Shown here: piece after piece, positions 1 to 9,310 of the stretch
Layout: each line of letters begins with the position of its first letter
Numbering within the stretch: the first letter of the stretch is position 1
DNA from: Parcubacteria group bacterium Licking1014_17
GTDB lineage: Bacteria; Patescibacteriota; Minisyncoccia; 2-02-FULL-40-12; IGHO2-01-FULL-4-A
DNA length: 50,524 nt
Assembly: GCA_007376485.1 (NCBI GenBank)
Contig: VMGJ01000005.1
Location: 1 to 50,524, forward strand
Direction: 5' to 3'
Position numbers and translations under genes: made by a program
The notes under the pieces: generated by a model
The model's input: the letters and a program-made list of their open reading frames with translations, nothing else
What the model was told of the DNA's origin: nothing
The model's database searches: none

Positions 1-99
1 CGACGACGTTCGCTCGCCCAGCCCCGCCACAAGCGGGGCTGGGCTCGCATTCGCGGCGGCTTCGCCGCCGCTCTGGGGCAAAATGAAGCGGAATTTAAT
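1..99. repeat. Left arm of a perfect 99-bp GC-rich inverted repeat (partner 1535..1633)
   Basis: The reverse complement of 1..99 matches 1535..1633 base for base by eye, and identity breaks at 100/1534. It holds two internal hairpins (cccagccccgc/gcggggctggg and gcggcggc/gccgccgc). It abuts the window edge, so its true length is unknown. Confidence 0.9.
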
Positions 100-280
100 C
101 ATTTCGGACGAGTAATTTTTTCTTTTTCCAAATCTGTGATACAATAAGAAGTGAACCCAATCCAATACGCTTCGCGATTTTTATTACAACCTAATCGTTG
201 TAATCTCGAAGGGGCAACTTCTGTCAATTTCGCGCAAGCGGGATTGGGTTCGCAGGGTTGTCCCTTTGAGTTATAAAAAC

Positions 281-1678
281 ATGAATTACAAAAATTGCGC
301 AATTTATACTCGTGTTTCAACAGACATGCAAGCGGAAAAAGAATTTTCCTCTTGCGAAGCCCAAGAGCAAAAAATTCGCTCGTTTATTGCGAGCCAAAAT
401 GATTGGCAAGTTTTTAAAATTTACAATGATGCTGGATTTTCCGGGGCAACCCTGCAACGACCGAAAATTCAGGAATTGCTTTTAGATTTGAAAAAAGAAA
501 AAATTGACGTGGTTTTGGTTTACAAAATTGATCGGCTCACTCGTTCGCCGAAAGATTTTTACCAACTGATAGAATTTTTTGAGCAAGCAAAAATTGATTT
601 TATTTCCATTACGGAAAGATTTGATACTTCTACGCCAGCAGGAAGATTGCTTCGCAATATAATGCTTACTTTTTCGCAGTTTGAACGAGAACTAACCAGC
701 GAGAGAACCAAAGACAAAATGTTAGAGCGAGCCAGAAAAGGTTTGTGCAATGGCGGTTTTACTCCTTATGGATATTCACGACAAAATAAAAAACTTGTTG
801 TAAATTCGAAAGAAGCAGAGGAAATAAAATCAATTTTTGAAACTTATATTGAAACTGGTTCATTGGCGAAAACTTATAGTATGTTGAAAGGACGAAACAT
901 AAAAAGCAAGTTTGGCAAAAATTTCTCAAAAACGGTCTTGGCTTATCTTTTGCGAAACATTGTTTACATTGGAAGGATTAAACACCGAAATGAAATTTAC
1001 CAAGGCGTTCATGAGCCAATAATTTCAGAAGAAATTTTTGCCCTTGCTCAAAAAATCCATAAAGAAAAACTGAAAAATTTTAGAGTATACAAAAATTTTC
1101 TTTTCGGCGGACTGATAAAATGCGAGAAGTGCGGTTCAAATATGAGTGGCAGTTTTAGCAATAAGCACAGAGATGGAAAATTTGACCGCCGATATTATTA
1201 CTATCGTTGCACTTCCACCACAAAATTTGATTGGCAAAGTTGTCCGGTAAAACAAGTTTCCGCCGAAAGATTAGAAAATTTTTGTTTAGAAAATTTAGAG
1301 CGAATTTTGCTGGATAAAAACTATATTGAAAATCTTGTTTTTCGTCTAAACAACGACTCAGAAGCCCGACACCAAAATGGGTGCGAACTAACGAAGTCAT
1401 GCTCTAAATTTTCCGCCGAAAACATCACGAACACTTTAAAATTTTTCGTTGACGGAATCAAAAAAACTAAGGGAATTGAAAGAAATCTTTTTGCCAAAAA
1501 ATTTCTTTCAAACATTTTTTACTCGCCCGAAACAATTAAATTCCGCTTCATTTTGCCCCAGAGCGGCGGCGAAGCCGCCGCGAATGCGAGCCCAGCCCCG
1601 CTTGTGGCGGGGCTGGGCGAGCGAACGTCGTCGCAACCCATCCACTTATTTGTCTTGTTACAATTATACTGCCATTAA
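281..1678 (+). CDS. Large serine recombinase (resolvase N-terminal domain, recombinase domain, zinc ribbon)
   Basis: The ORF runs 266..1678. The first ATG at 281 gives MNYKNCAIYTRVSTDMQ, the catalytic-Ser resolvase N-terminus. Also present are YKIDRLTRS and a Cys-rich ribbon (CEKCGS...YYYYRC). The last ~48 codons are encoded by the GC-rich repeat arm, so the native C-terminus may be displaced. Confidence 0.8.
   Translation: MNYKNCAIYTRVSTDMQAEKEFSSCEAQEQKIRSFIASQNDWQVFKIYNDAGFSGATLQRPKIQELLLDLKKEKIDVVLVYKIDRLTRSPKDFYQLIEFFEQAKIDFISITERFDTSTPAGRLLRNIMLTFSQFERELTSERTKDKMLERARKGLCNGGFTPYGYSRQNKKLVVNSKEAEEIKSIFETYIETGSLAKTYSMLKGRNIKSKFGKNFSKTVLAYLLRNIVYIGRIKHRNEIYQGVHEPIISEEIFALAQKIHKEKLKNFRVYKNFLFGGLIKCEKCGSNMSGSFSNKHRDGKFDRRYYYYRCTSTTKFDWQSCPVKQVSAERLENFCLENLERILLDKNYIENLVFRLNNDSEARHQNGCELTKSCSKFSAENITNTLKFFVDGIKKTKGIERNLFAKKFLSNIFYSPETIKFRFILPQSGGEAAANASPAPLVAGLGERTSSQPIHLFVLLQLYCH
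1535..1633. repeat. Right arm of the perfect 99-bp inverted repeat
   Basis: Exact reverse complement of 1..99. It lies between the convergent recombinase and LAGLIDADG-like ORFs, and both ORFs read into it. Confidence 0.9.
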
Positions 1679-2288
1679 CACTAATTCTGATTAATCCATT
1701 ATAATTTTCATTGATATTTTTTCGTTTTGGTTTCAAGTTGGCAGGTTTAAAATATATTCGTAATTCGTCGGGGTTGATATTCAATTTATTTGTCCAAAAA
1801 TTTGATGCCCTTTTCAAGTTGGCGTGTTTATGGATATACAACTCATATTTTATTTTCTCATCTGGTACTTTCGTAAATTCCTTCAGCCAGTTTCTGAAGA
1901 CTAAAATCATTAATGGATCAGAATTGGAGAACTTCACATTCGTGGCGGACCCATATTCCTTCTCCTTAACCCCCTCCGACCAGTATAATCCGATCCCTAT
2001 AAGCCATCGTTCTCGCGTAGAAAGATGTGTTATTTCCTTTGAAGCATGGTTTCTTATTTCGGCCCAACGTTTCATTCTTATCTCATGTGTCTTTTTCCAT
2101 CCTCGCTGCATAGCAAGTATCCGTTTTTCGGTAATCCTTTGTTTTTGATGCTCAGCCAAATCCACGCTCCGTAGCCATAATGAAAGTGTTGATTTTGATA
2201 TCGGGACTTTTTTCAATATCTCGCTGTAAGTTAGCCCACTCTTCCTAAGTTTTATCGCTTTCTGTTTTTCAAGTATTTTGATTATCAT
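1548..2288 (-). CDS. HTH plus LAGLIDADG-like homing-endonuclease-family protein, with its C-terminal tail encoded by the repeat arm
   Basis: N-terminal HTH-like region (SGLTYSEILKKVPISKSTLSLWL) and a LAGLIDADG-like motif (WLIGIGLYWSEGVK). The last ~28 codons (ATTFARPAPPQAGLG...) lie inside 1548..1633. Confidence 0.5.
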   Translation of the reverse strand: MIIKILEKQKAIKLRKSGLTYSEILKKVPISKSTLSLWLRSVDLAEHQKQRITEKRILAMQRGWKKTHEIRMKRWAEIRNHASKEITHLSTRERWLIGIGLYWSEGVKEKEYGSATNVKFSNSDPLMILVFRNWLKEFTKVPDEKIKYELYIHKHANLKRASNFWTNKLNINPDELRIYFKPANLKPKRKNINENYNGLIRISVNGSIIVTRQISGWVATTFARPAPPQAGLGSHSRRLRRRSGAK

Positions 2289-2406
2289 TGGACAACGGTT
2301 TATATATTATTATAATAGCATCGTTGTACAAATTTTCAAGGATCCCCTATCCACAGGTGCAATACGGTTATAAATTATCACAAAAAAACGAGGTTGTCAT
2401 CGCGGA

Positions 2407-2432
2407 TAAAAAAAGCCCTCGGGTTGGAGGGC
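2407..2432 (-). terminator. Rho-independent terminator downstream of the 2521..3612 gene
   Basis: Hairpin gccctc-gggttg-gagggc at 2415..2432, followed on the minus strand by a run of 7-8 U (A-run 2407..2414 on plus). Confidence 0.7.
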
Positions 2433-2520
2433 GAAAAAGAGGAGGTATTAGATCAATTGTTCCCGTAGGCACATTATAGCACACCCAATAATCTCTGCAA
2501 TAGTTATCGACACAGGCGAT

Positions 2521-3612
2521 TTAATCCGGCTGTTTGTTCATTCCGGAATAAAGCAGCCAGCCTATGGGCATGGGCAGCCAGAAGGTAAAGGCGCGGAATA
2601 AAATGGTTATTGAAAACGCGGCCCCGAGCGGAACTCCGAAAGTCGCCAGCGCGAAAGTCATCGCCCCTTCCGATATTCCCAATGCTCCCGGGACAACTGA
2701 AGTGAGGATAACAAACCGCGTCAGCATGTAGGCTATAAATGAAACTACCAGCGGCAGCCGATACCCCAGCGCCAAAGCCAGGAAATGCAGAGTCAGGGCG
2801 TTGGCTACCAATATCAGCGCCTGCCAGGCCGTAGCCCACCAAAAAGGAGCGGCGTGTCTGCGCAATTCTTCGATATTCATGGTCGCCCGAAGTTCATTCA
2901 TAACGGGAGAGATGTGTTTTTTATAATCCACGAAATTTTTTAGAAAAGGAATTTTCGCCCATGACGGTTCATCTATAAAGAAACGGTAAAGTTTGAATAC
3001 GGTTTTTTCCAGCCAGCGAACCCTGCTTTTTTTCTGGGCGGCAAAAAAGACGCCGAAAGCCAGAATGGCGACAAAGATAAACGCGTAAATAAAAAGCCAA
3101 ATTGTCGGGTGGCTGACGATAATATGCTCCCTGAAAATTAAAGCGATTGTGGCGAGGAAAAAGACGCCGAAAGCCAGATAAAGGGTAAGCATTTCAAGAA
3201 TCGCCCGCCCGATGCCTTCGGCGAGGGTGAAGCCTTTTTTATAAAGGTAGTTTATGAAAAAAACCTGGCCGGCGATGCCGCCGCTCGGAAGAGTTTGATT
3301 GAAAAATTGAATTATGAAGGTCAGCGGGAATAATTCGCCCGTGGGGACTTCCGTTTTTTTTATGCGCAGAACTTCCCTGTAGTTCAACGCCAAAAGAAAA
3401 TAAGCCGCCAACTGCGAAACTACCACCCAGAAAAGCCATTCGGAGTTTGATTCTTTAAATAAATTTTTAACGGTTGTGAATTCGGTCTGGTGAGTGAATA
3501 TCAAGAATACGGCGACGAAGGTGATAAGATAGAAAATTAATTTCTTTTTCGGCAGTTTAATCCGGGCGTCAATACTGGGATTTTCGGAATCCGTTTTTTT
3601 GCCGTTGCTCAT
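2521..3612 (-). CDS. Multi-pass membrane protein, flippase-like / lysyl-phosphatidylglycerol-synthase TM-domain family (UPF0104-like)
   Basis: 363 aa with about 8 hydrophobic segments. The overall pattern resembles the LPG_synthase_TM family from memory. No catalytic motif was verified. Confidence 0.45.
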   Translation of the reverse strand: MSNGKKTDSENPSIDARIKLPKKKLIFYLITFVAVFLIFTHQTEFTTVKNLFKESNSEWLFWVVVSQLAAYFLLALNYREVLRIKKTEVPTGELFPLTFIIQFFNQTLPSGGIAGQVFFINYLYKKGFTLAEGIGRAILEMLTLYLAFGVFFLATIALIFREHIIVSHPTIWLFIYAFIFVAILAFGVFFAAQKKSRVRWLEKTVFKLYRFFIDEPSWAKIPFLKNFVDYKKHISPVMNELRATMNIEELRRHAAPFWWATAWQALILVANALTLHFLALALGYRLPLVVSFIAYMLTRFVILTSVVPGALGISEGAMTFALATFGVPLGAAFSITILFRAFTFWLPMPIGWLLYSGMNKQPD

Positions 3613-4670
3613 TTGGTTTCGTTTTTTGTTATTTCTATTATGGCGAGTTCCAAAGGCAATTGCGGTATTGGAGAAGATGCCAAATCGTTTTTGGCTTTGG
3701 TGACTGTCTGGATAATTGAGACAATTTTCGCCGGGTCCATCCCCTTTTGCTCGGACGCCGCCGATTTTTCTATCAGATCAATGAGTATTTTTCTCAAGTA
3801 ACGCAGAAATTGAGCGATAAAATTTTCAAGATTAATTCCGGATTCGTGCAGGTCTTTGATTATGTCCAGCGCCTTTTTAGTGTCTTTACTTATCAGGGTC
3901 GAAAGGAGTTTTTCGTGGGTGATCAAAGGAACAATGCCCAAAACTTCCGATGCCAGATCGGCGGTGATGGTCGCGCCCGCGTAAGAAATAAGCTTGGTTA
4001 AAATTGATTCCGCGTCCCGTAACGAGCCGCCGGCGTCTTGAATTATTGAGTTTACGGCCTCGTCGTCGATGGAGATATTTTCAGCTTTGGCGATACGCGT
4101 CAGCTTGCGTTTGATTATTTCGCTGTTCAGTTTTTTGAAATCAAAACGCTGGACCCGCGAAAGAATCGTCTCGGGCAGTTTATGCGGCTCGGTCGTGGCT
4201 AAAATAAACACTATGTGCGGCGGCGGTTCTTCCAATGTTTTGAGAAGCGCGTTAAAAGCCGCCTGTGTAAGCATATGGACTTCGTCCACTATGAAAATCT
4301 TGTAACGGCTGCCGCTTGAAGCCACGCGGGCTGATTCTTTTATATTGCGTATTTCGTCAATTCCACGGTTTGAGGCGGCGTCAATTTCAATAAGGTCCAA
4401 AGAACGCCCCTCACCTATTTCTTGGCAGGATGAGCACAGATTGCATGGCTCGGGCGAACTGCCTGATATTGCTCCGGGCTTCAGTTTCTCGCAATTCAAT
4501 GCTTTGGCGAACAAACGGGCAAGGGTAGTTTTCCCGGTTCCTCTCGGTCCGCAAAACAAATAGGCATGGCCGACATTGCCGCTTATTAGGGAGCCTCTTA
4601 GAGTTTGAACGATATGCTCCTGGCCTTCGACTTCGGAAAATTTTACCGGACGGTATTTCCTGTAGAGCAT
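3609..4670 (-). CDS. dnaX: DNA polymerase III subunit gamma/tau (short form)
   Basis: MLYRKYRPVKFSEVEGQEH, Walker A GPRGTGKTT, a Cys cluster (CNLCSSC), Walker B FIVDEVHML and sensor SRVQRF. Confidence 0.9.
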   Translation of the reverse strand: MLYRKYRPVKFSEVEGQEHIVQTLRGSLISGNVGHAYLFCGPRGTGKTTLARLFAKALNCEKLKPGAISGSSPEPCNLCSSCQEIGEGRSLDLIEIDAASNRGIDEIRNIKESARVASSGSRYKIFIVDEVHMLTQAAFNALLKTLEEPPPHIVFILATTEPHKLPETILSRVQRFDFKKLNSEIIKRKLTRIAKAENISIDDEAVNSIIQDAGGSLRDAESILTKLISYAGATITADLASEVLGIVPLITHEKLLSTLISKDTKKALDIIKDLHESGINLENFIAQFLRYLRKILIDLIEKSAASEQKGMDPAKIVSIIQTVTKAKNDLASSPIPQLPLELAIIEITKNETK

Positions 4671-4674
4671 TGGG

Positions 4675-5313
4675 TTATTTATTTACGTTATCTACAGTAT
4701 CATAGAGTTTTGCGGGTTTGAAGACTATACGCCGATAACCGGTGAAATTCACCAATAAAGCTCCCGCTGAACCCACAACAGCGGCTATATTCGCCCACGC
4801 TTTAGGGTCTAAGCCCCACAAAGGATTCGCGGAAACCACCAGATACGAAAGCACTATATTAGTGAGCATGCCGCTGAATGTGACGGCTAAAAACTTTATA
4901 AATTCACTTCCCTTTTTTGATGTCTTGCCGGCGTTAAACGCCCAATACTTATTCCAGATATAACTGTTAATTATTGCAACTACGATGCCGCCCGCTCTTA
5001 CGAACGGGAAATAAGCTCCTTTTGCCACGCCGGTGAGTACGATTAAGAGTGTTACGATGCTGTTGTCCATGGCGGCGCTCAAAAATCCCACGGCCACGAA
5101 TTTCGAAAAAGAATAAAAAAATTGCCACCGCCGGGACAGATAACCGCCCAGTATGATACCGGCGGTAAAAAGCACGGGAACCAGAGGCAGTAATATCCAC
5201 ACAGGGAAAATTAGCAATCGCTTAGTGCCCAAATACGACAGCAAAATTGAGAGAAGCAAACCAACAAGCGTCCCTGAAACAAGGGCTAAATAAATATCTT
5301 TTTTCTTAGTCAT
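4675..5313 (-). CDS. GtrA-family membrane protein
   Basis: 212 aa with multiple TM segments and a C-terminal half carrying the GtrA-like pattern (YIWNKYWAF ... FTGYRRIVF). Confidence 0.55.
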   Translation of the reverse strand: MTKKKDIYLALVSGTLVGLLLSILLSYLGTKRLLIFPVWILLPLVPVLFTAGIILGGYLSRRWQFFYSFSKFVAVGFLSAAMDNSIVTLLIVLTGVAKGAYFPFVRAGGIVVAIINSYIWNKYWAFNAGKTSKKGSEFIKFLAVTFSGMLTNIVLSYLVVSANPLWGLDPKAWANIAAVVGSAGALLVNFTGYRRIVFKPAKLYDTVDNVNK

Positions 5314-7802
5314 TGGCTGAAATGGGAGCGAATGTCCTCTTCGACCTGCTCGCGGGGCTTTCCGTATTTAAGTTTGGACAGCTCTCTGATTGATTTGGCG
5401 TTTTCCTCGGGACCGTTTTTCTGGATATCTATCCTGATTTTAAACGGACGCGCCGGTTCACCGTTAATTATTAAACTCGCGTAAGCGTTAAGATTTTCGA
5501 TGTTCGCCAAATCTTCAGGGCCTACGGCGGGCGAAAATCTGGCTTTAAGCGGTACGGAATCGGCGTCCTCGCCGCTGACGCGGAACACTATCATTGAACC
5601 CACATTGCCAAAAATAGAATCGCGCACCTTCTCCGGCAATTGTTTTATAAATTGATGGCCGATTATGAGATCCAGCCTGTATTTGCGCGCTTCCGACAAA
5701 ATCGTTGAGATGCTGTCGGTGACGAAATTTTGGAACTCATCTATGTACAGGTAAAAATCTTTTCTCGACCTTTCATCGGCGATATCCACGCGTGAAAGAG
5801 CGGCAATCAGAAGCTTGCCGACAATGATGAGGCCGAGCAGATAAGCGTTGATGTCGCCGATTCTTCCCTTGGACAGGTTAACCACCAGTATTTTCCCCTG
5901 ATCCATCACTTCCCGGAAATTAATGGCGCTCTTCTGCTGGTTGATAATCGGCCTGAGATAATCATTCGACACGAAAGTATCCACTTTGTTCGTTATATAC
6001 GGAGCGAAATTAGCCAAGCTCTGCTCGCCGGTTGTTTTTGTCGCTTCCATTTCCCAGAACTGTTTGACCATGGGATTTATTTCAACCGCCAGCAATCTAT
6101 TCCTGTATTCTTCGTTGACCATAACCCGGGAAATATCCGCCAGTATCGGCATGCTTTTTTCGACATCCTCCCAGCTCAATTCGCCGCCTCTTCCTTCTTT
6201 GTCCAGCTGGAGCTTGAATTTGTACATATATTCGTAGTAATCCATTATCAGAAGGCAGGCATTTTTGAAATACTTTTCAAACATCGGACCGCCGATTTCT
6301 TTCAGATTATAAAGTTTGTCGATTATAACGAAAAGTTCATTGATGACGAGCGTTTTTTGTTCGGGATGGTTCGGGTCAAATTCGAAAATATTCAAACCTA
6401 GCGGGAAATCAAGTTCGCCGGGATTGAAATAAATTATATCTTCGGCTCTTTCTTTGGGCGTGATCGAAAGAACATAATCGGCAAATTCACCGTGAGGGTC
6501 TATCACGCAAACTCCTTTGCCCTCCTGGACGTCTTGGCGCAGCATCAGTTTCATAATCGTGGTTTTACCGGTGCCGGTTTGCCCGAGAATGTACAAGTGG
6601 CGGCGGCGATCTTCGTCGGTCAGCCGGATTTCCCGCTGTTGGCCGCGGAATTCGTTTACGCCGACCATTATTCCGGTAGCCGGCAGATTCGGCGGCGGTT
6701 CCGTCGGTTTTGCTTTCAGGAATTTTACGCTTGGAGCCGTAGTTGTCGCCAGCGGGAAGTGATACAAGCTCACCAGCTCTTCGGTGGAAAGCGTAAGTTT
6801 TTGTTTTTCATTAAAAAGCCGGAAAGAAAAGTCGTAAATTAATTTATTCAGCGAACCGCTTTCAAGAGTGACAAACTTCAGACTGTTCATCCCCGGCGAA
6901 AAGTACTGGTTTATGGAACCCTGGAAGTCGCTTAATATTTGTTTGACCCGATTCGGGTCCAGCGCCGATACCAGAAATCTCACGTTGACTTCAAAATTTA
7001 CCTTGCCCGATTTCGCGACCAAAGCTTTTATAATTTCATCGTCGGTCGGAGTGATGACTCTGGGCTTTTCCGGTTCCGGCGGCTTATTTGGCTCCGGTTT
7101 TTTCGGTTTCGGAGGATTACTTGCTCTTTGAGTCGCTTCGTCGTATTTGTAGCCGGCTTGCATCTCCCTTGCCACTTTATTGGCGCGGGAAATAAGTTTT
7201 TTATTGCGCGCCGCCCTGATGATAACCTGAAAAGCCGCGCCCTCGCCCTCCATGCTAAGTTTGGACATTGAAGTGAGGATTCCGCTCAAAGGATCGGCTT
7301 CGAGTTTTTCGTAAGTCCGGAAAGGAAGAATCGCTTCTTTTTCGTACGACAAAAAACCGCCGCCGACCGCGCCGGTTTGATTGAAAATATTGTAATCTTT
7401 GGCTTGGATTATTTCAGCCGAAGGATAATACGAGTAAATCTGTTTCTCAATCACATCGGCGCTTTTTCTCGGAACTGAAACATAAAAAAGCATTTCTTCT
7501 CCCACGTTGTGGACGCTTATCTCGAGCGCGAGATAAGGGTCGCCGAATATTAATCTGTTCCAGCCTTTGGATTTTAAGTTGGAAAAACTTGAAAAAAGCT
7601 GTTCGGCGATTCCCAGCAATTCTTTGTCCTGCTTGTGCTGGCCGTCTTTCGGAATTTCACGCGGGACCCTTATCTGCAACAGCGTCATGTTGAGCGCTCT
7701 CTGAACCTGCCCCTTGCTCCGAAAGCCCTGGAACACAACCAAAGCGGCAATGGCTATTGCCAGCAAAATGAAAATCAGTAGAACCGCGATAATTGGACTC
7801 AT
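5310..7802 (-). CDS. Membrane-anchored P-loop NTPase of the TraD/TraG/VirD4 (FtsK/HerA superfamily) coupling-protein type
   Basis: N-terminal TM helix, a Pro/Lys-rich linker (PPKPKKPEPNKPPEPEKP), Walker A ILGQTGTGKTT and Walker B FYLYIDEFQNF. The start overlaps the stop of the downstream gtrA-like gene by 4 nt. Confidence 0.5.
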   Translation of the reverse strand: MSPIIAVLLIFILLAIAIAALVVFQGFRSKGQVQRALNMTLLQIRVPREIPKDGQHKQDKELLGIAEQLFSSFSNLKSKGWNRLIFGDPYLALEISVHNVGEEMLFYVSVPRKSADVIEKQIYSYYPSAEIIQAKDYNIFNQTGAVGGGFLSYEKEAILPFRTYEKLEADPLSGILTSMSKLSMEGEGAAFQVIIRAARNKKLISRANKVAREMQAGYKYDEATQRASNPPKPKKPEPNKPPEPEKPRVITPTDDEIIKALVAKSGKVNFEVNVRFLVSALDPNRVKQILSDFQGSINQYFSPGMNSLKFVTLESGSLNKLIYDFSFRLFNEKQKLTLSTEELVSLYHFPLATTTAPSVKFLKAKPTEPPPNLPATGIMVGVNEFRGQQREIRLTDEDRRRHLYILGQTGTGKTTIMKLMLRQDVQEGKGVCVIDPHGEFADYVLSITPKERAEDIIYFNPGELDFPLGLNIFEFDPNHPEQKTLVINELFVIIDKLYNLKEIGGPMFEKYFKNACLLIMDYYEYMYKFKLQLDKEGRGGELSWEDVEKSMPILADISRVMVNEEYRNRLLAVEINPMVKQFWEMEATKTTGEQSLANFAPYITNKVDTFVSNDYLRPIINQQKSAINFREVMDQGKILVVNLSKGRIGDINAYLLGLIIVGKLLIAALSRVDIADERSRKDFYLYIDEFQNFVTDSISTILSEARKYRLDLIIGHQFIKQLPEKVRDSIFGNVGSMIVFRVSGEDADSVPLKARFSPAVGPEDLANIENLNAYASLIINGEPARPFKIRIDIQKNGPEENAKSIRELSKLKYGKPREQVEEDIRSHFSQ

Positions 7803-7809
7803 TTATTTT

Positions 7810-8253
7810 TTATTGAACGTCATTTAATTTTCCTCTTTCTTTCAGCTGTACCCAAAGTTCGTCGGTAATGGCGTCGTGAACGGCGTCAATCAGTGCGGCG
7901 TTATTCGTGGCGCGGACCTCCTTTATCGCCTTGAAAATACTTTCGGTGAAAGCCAGATTGACATATTCCTGCACTTTGTCTTTCAATTCAGGCATTAAGT
8001 AGGAAGGAATATTTACCCCGCCCGATCGGGGCGGCGGCTGAACCGGAATCGGTTGCGGCAGCTGAACCTGCCCTTGCGTTGCCGCTCCCGGAGCTGCCCC
8101 CTCTCTCAATACTTCGCGCAACGTTTCCTTGGGGTGAGGCATTTGATCTGGAGCAATCCCTGCCTGTTGTTCCAACACCGACCTTTTTTCGGCTAATGTT
8201 TTTTCTATTTGGGCAATCTCCTGCTCGAGTGGTGTTTGAGTTATTTCCGCCAT
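7810..8253 (-). CDS. Hypothetical protein (coiled-coil N-terminus, Pro/Gln-rich middle)
   Basis: The ORF is 7810..8271. The ATG at 8253 (MAEITQTPLEQE) is the likely start. It lies 7 nt upstream of the ATPase gene on the same strand. Confidence 0.5.
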   Translation of the reverse strand: MAEITQTPLEQEIAQIEKTLAEKRSVLEQQAGIAPDQMPHPKETLREVLREGAAPGAATQGQVQLPQPIPVQPPPRSGGVNIPSYLMPELKDKVQEYVNLAFTESIFKAIKEVRATNNAALIDAVHDAITDELWVQLKERGKLNDVQ

Positions 8254-8338
8254 GTAAACATTATAAAACACTATTTTTCAAAATGCCACAACAAAAGACC
8301 GCTTATTCCAGCGTGGCTTTTTAAACAAGAAGCAGAAA

Positions 8339-8728
8339 CTACCTATTAACAATAATAGGGATCTTAACCTTGAACCGCCAGCAGTAAAGAAGAAAAACCG
8401 CCGAAAGCGCTATAAGCACATAGAATGTAGCTGGTAATATCAGTACCTGGTAAATTGAGGTCCAGACATATCCCAGAGGCATACTGCTCAATGAAAAGAA
8501 ATCATGACGGATAACCTTGCACCACAACAAGTGACACAATGCCGGAGATACCGCTAAAAAGCCGGCTATAATCAATGATCTTCTCCAGAAACGATTTTCG
8601 GCTTTTATCGCCCGGAGCATCGTATTTTCCACAAAATCCGAAGACGGCTCCGCCACGCTTCCTTGGATTTTAAGCGTCTGCACCCTGTCTCTTATATATT
8701 GATCTATTGTTCCTATATCGCTACTCAT
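8339..8728 (-). CDS. Putative membrane anti-sigma factor
   Basis: 129 aa with 3 TM segments. It starts 3 nt after the stop of the ECF sigma gene. The assignment rests on position only. Confidence 0.4.
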   Translation of the reverse strand: MSSDIGTIDQYIRDRVQTLKIQGSVAEPSSDFVENTMLRAIKAENRFWRRSLIIAGFLAVSPALCHLLWCKVIRHDFFSLSSMPLGYVWTSIYQVLILPATFYVLIALSAVFLLYCWRFKVKIPIIVNR

Positions 8729-8731
8729 TAT

Positions 8732-9310
8732 TTAATGTGTTTCTTCGGATAATACGTTGTCCATGATTCCCCGCGCCTCAATTTCTTTTAATAATATACG
8801 CCGCGCTCTGCGTAATTGGCTCTTTAATGTGTTTTTATTTACATGCAAAATGCCGCAGATCTCTTCGTATGAGAATCCTTCATAATACAGCAACTTAATA
8901 ATCATCCGGTCTCTGCTATTTAGGTTGTCTACTATATTATCTACTGAATGAGCAATATGCTTTCGAACAACTTGGTCTATATATTCGTTTCCAGTTACGG
9001 TGGACAGATTTTTCAACACATCGGTGTCGACCGCGACCTCTCTGTTCTTATTTTTTCTAAAGAAATCTATCGCCGTGTTTTTGGCAATACTAAACAGCCA
9101 ACTCCTAACCTTGTTGACATCCTTCAGGGTGTCGAATTTGAGGTAGGCTTTTACGAACGCATTTTGGGCTTGATCTTCCGCCTCAAACCTGTTGCCGAGC
9201 AGTCGGTAGAAGAAATTGATTATGTCCTTATGATATCGTTCTGCAATATCCTCGAATAAGAATGTCTTTTGAGAGCCGCCGATTTTTTCCTGCATGGATT
9301 CCATATTCAT
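8732..9310 (-). CDS. RNA polymerase sigma-70 family (ECF-type) sigma factor
   Basis: Region 2-like EDQAQNAFVKAY...SWLFSIAKNTAIDFFR and region 4 HTH FSYEEICGILHVNKNTLKSQLRRAR. Confidence 0.8.
   Translation of the reverse strand: MNMESMQEKIGGSQKTFLFEDIAERYHKDIINFFYRLLGNRFEAEDQAQNAFVKAYLKFDTLKDVNKVRSWLFSIAKNTAIDFFRKNKNREVAVDTDVLKNLSTVTGNEYIDQVVRKHIAHSVDNIVDNLNSRDRMIIKLLYYEGFSYEEICGILHVNKNTLKSQLRRARRILLKEIEARGIMDNVLSEETH

Noticed and set aside
1449-1694. An 81-aa ORF, plus other short ORFs that read through the GC-rich repeat arm (and 99..320 on the minus strand).
   Set aside because: These are products of the GC-rich repeat sequence (Arg/Pro/Ala-rich). They overlap better-supported genes.
2504-2842. 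The overlapping alternative-frame ORFs 2504..2842 and 3239..3439 inside the membrane-protein gene.
   Set aside because: They are shorter, out of frame and Gly/Arg/Ala-rich. The 363-aa frame has a coherent TM-helix pattern.
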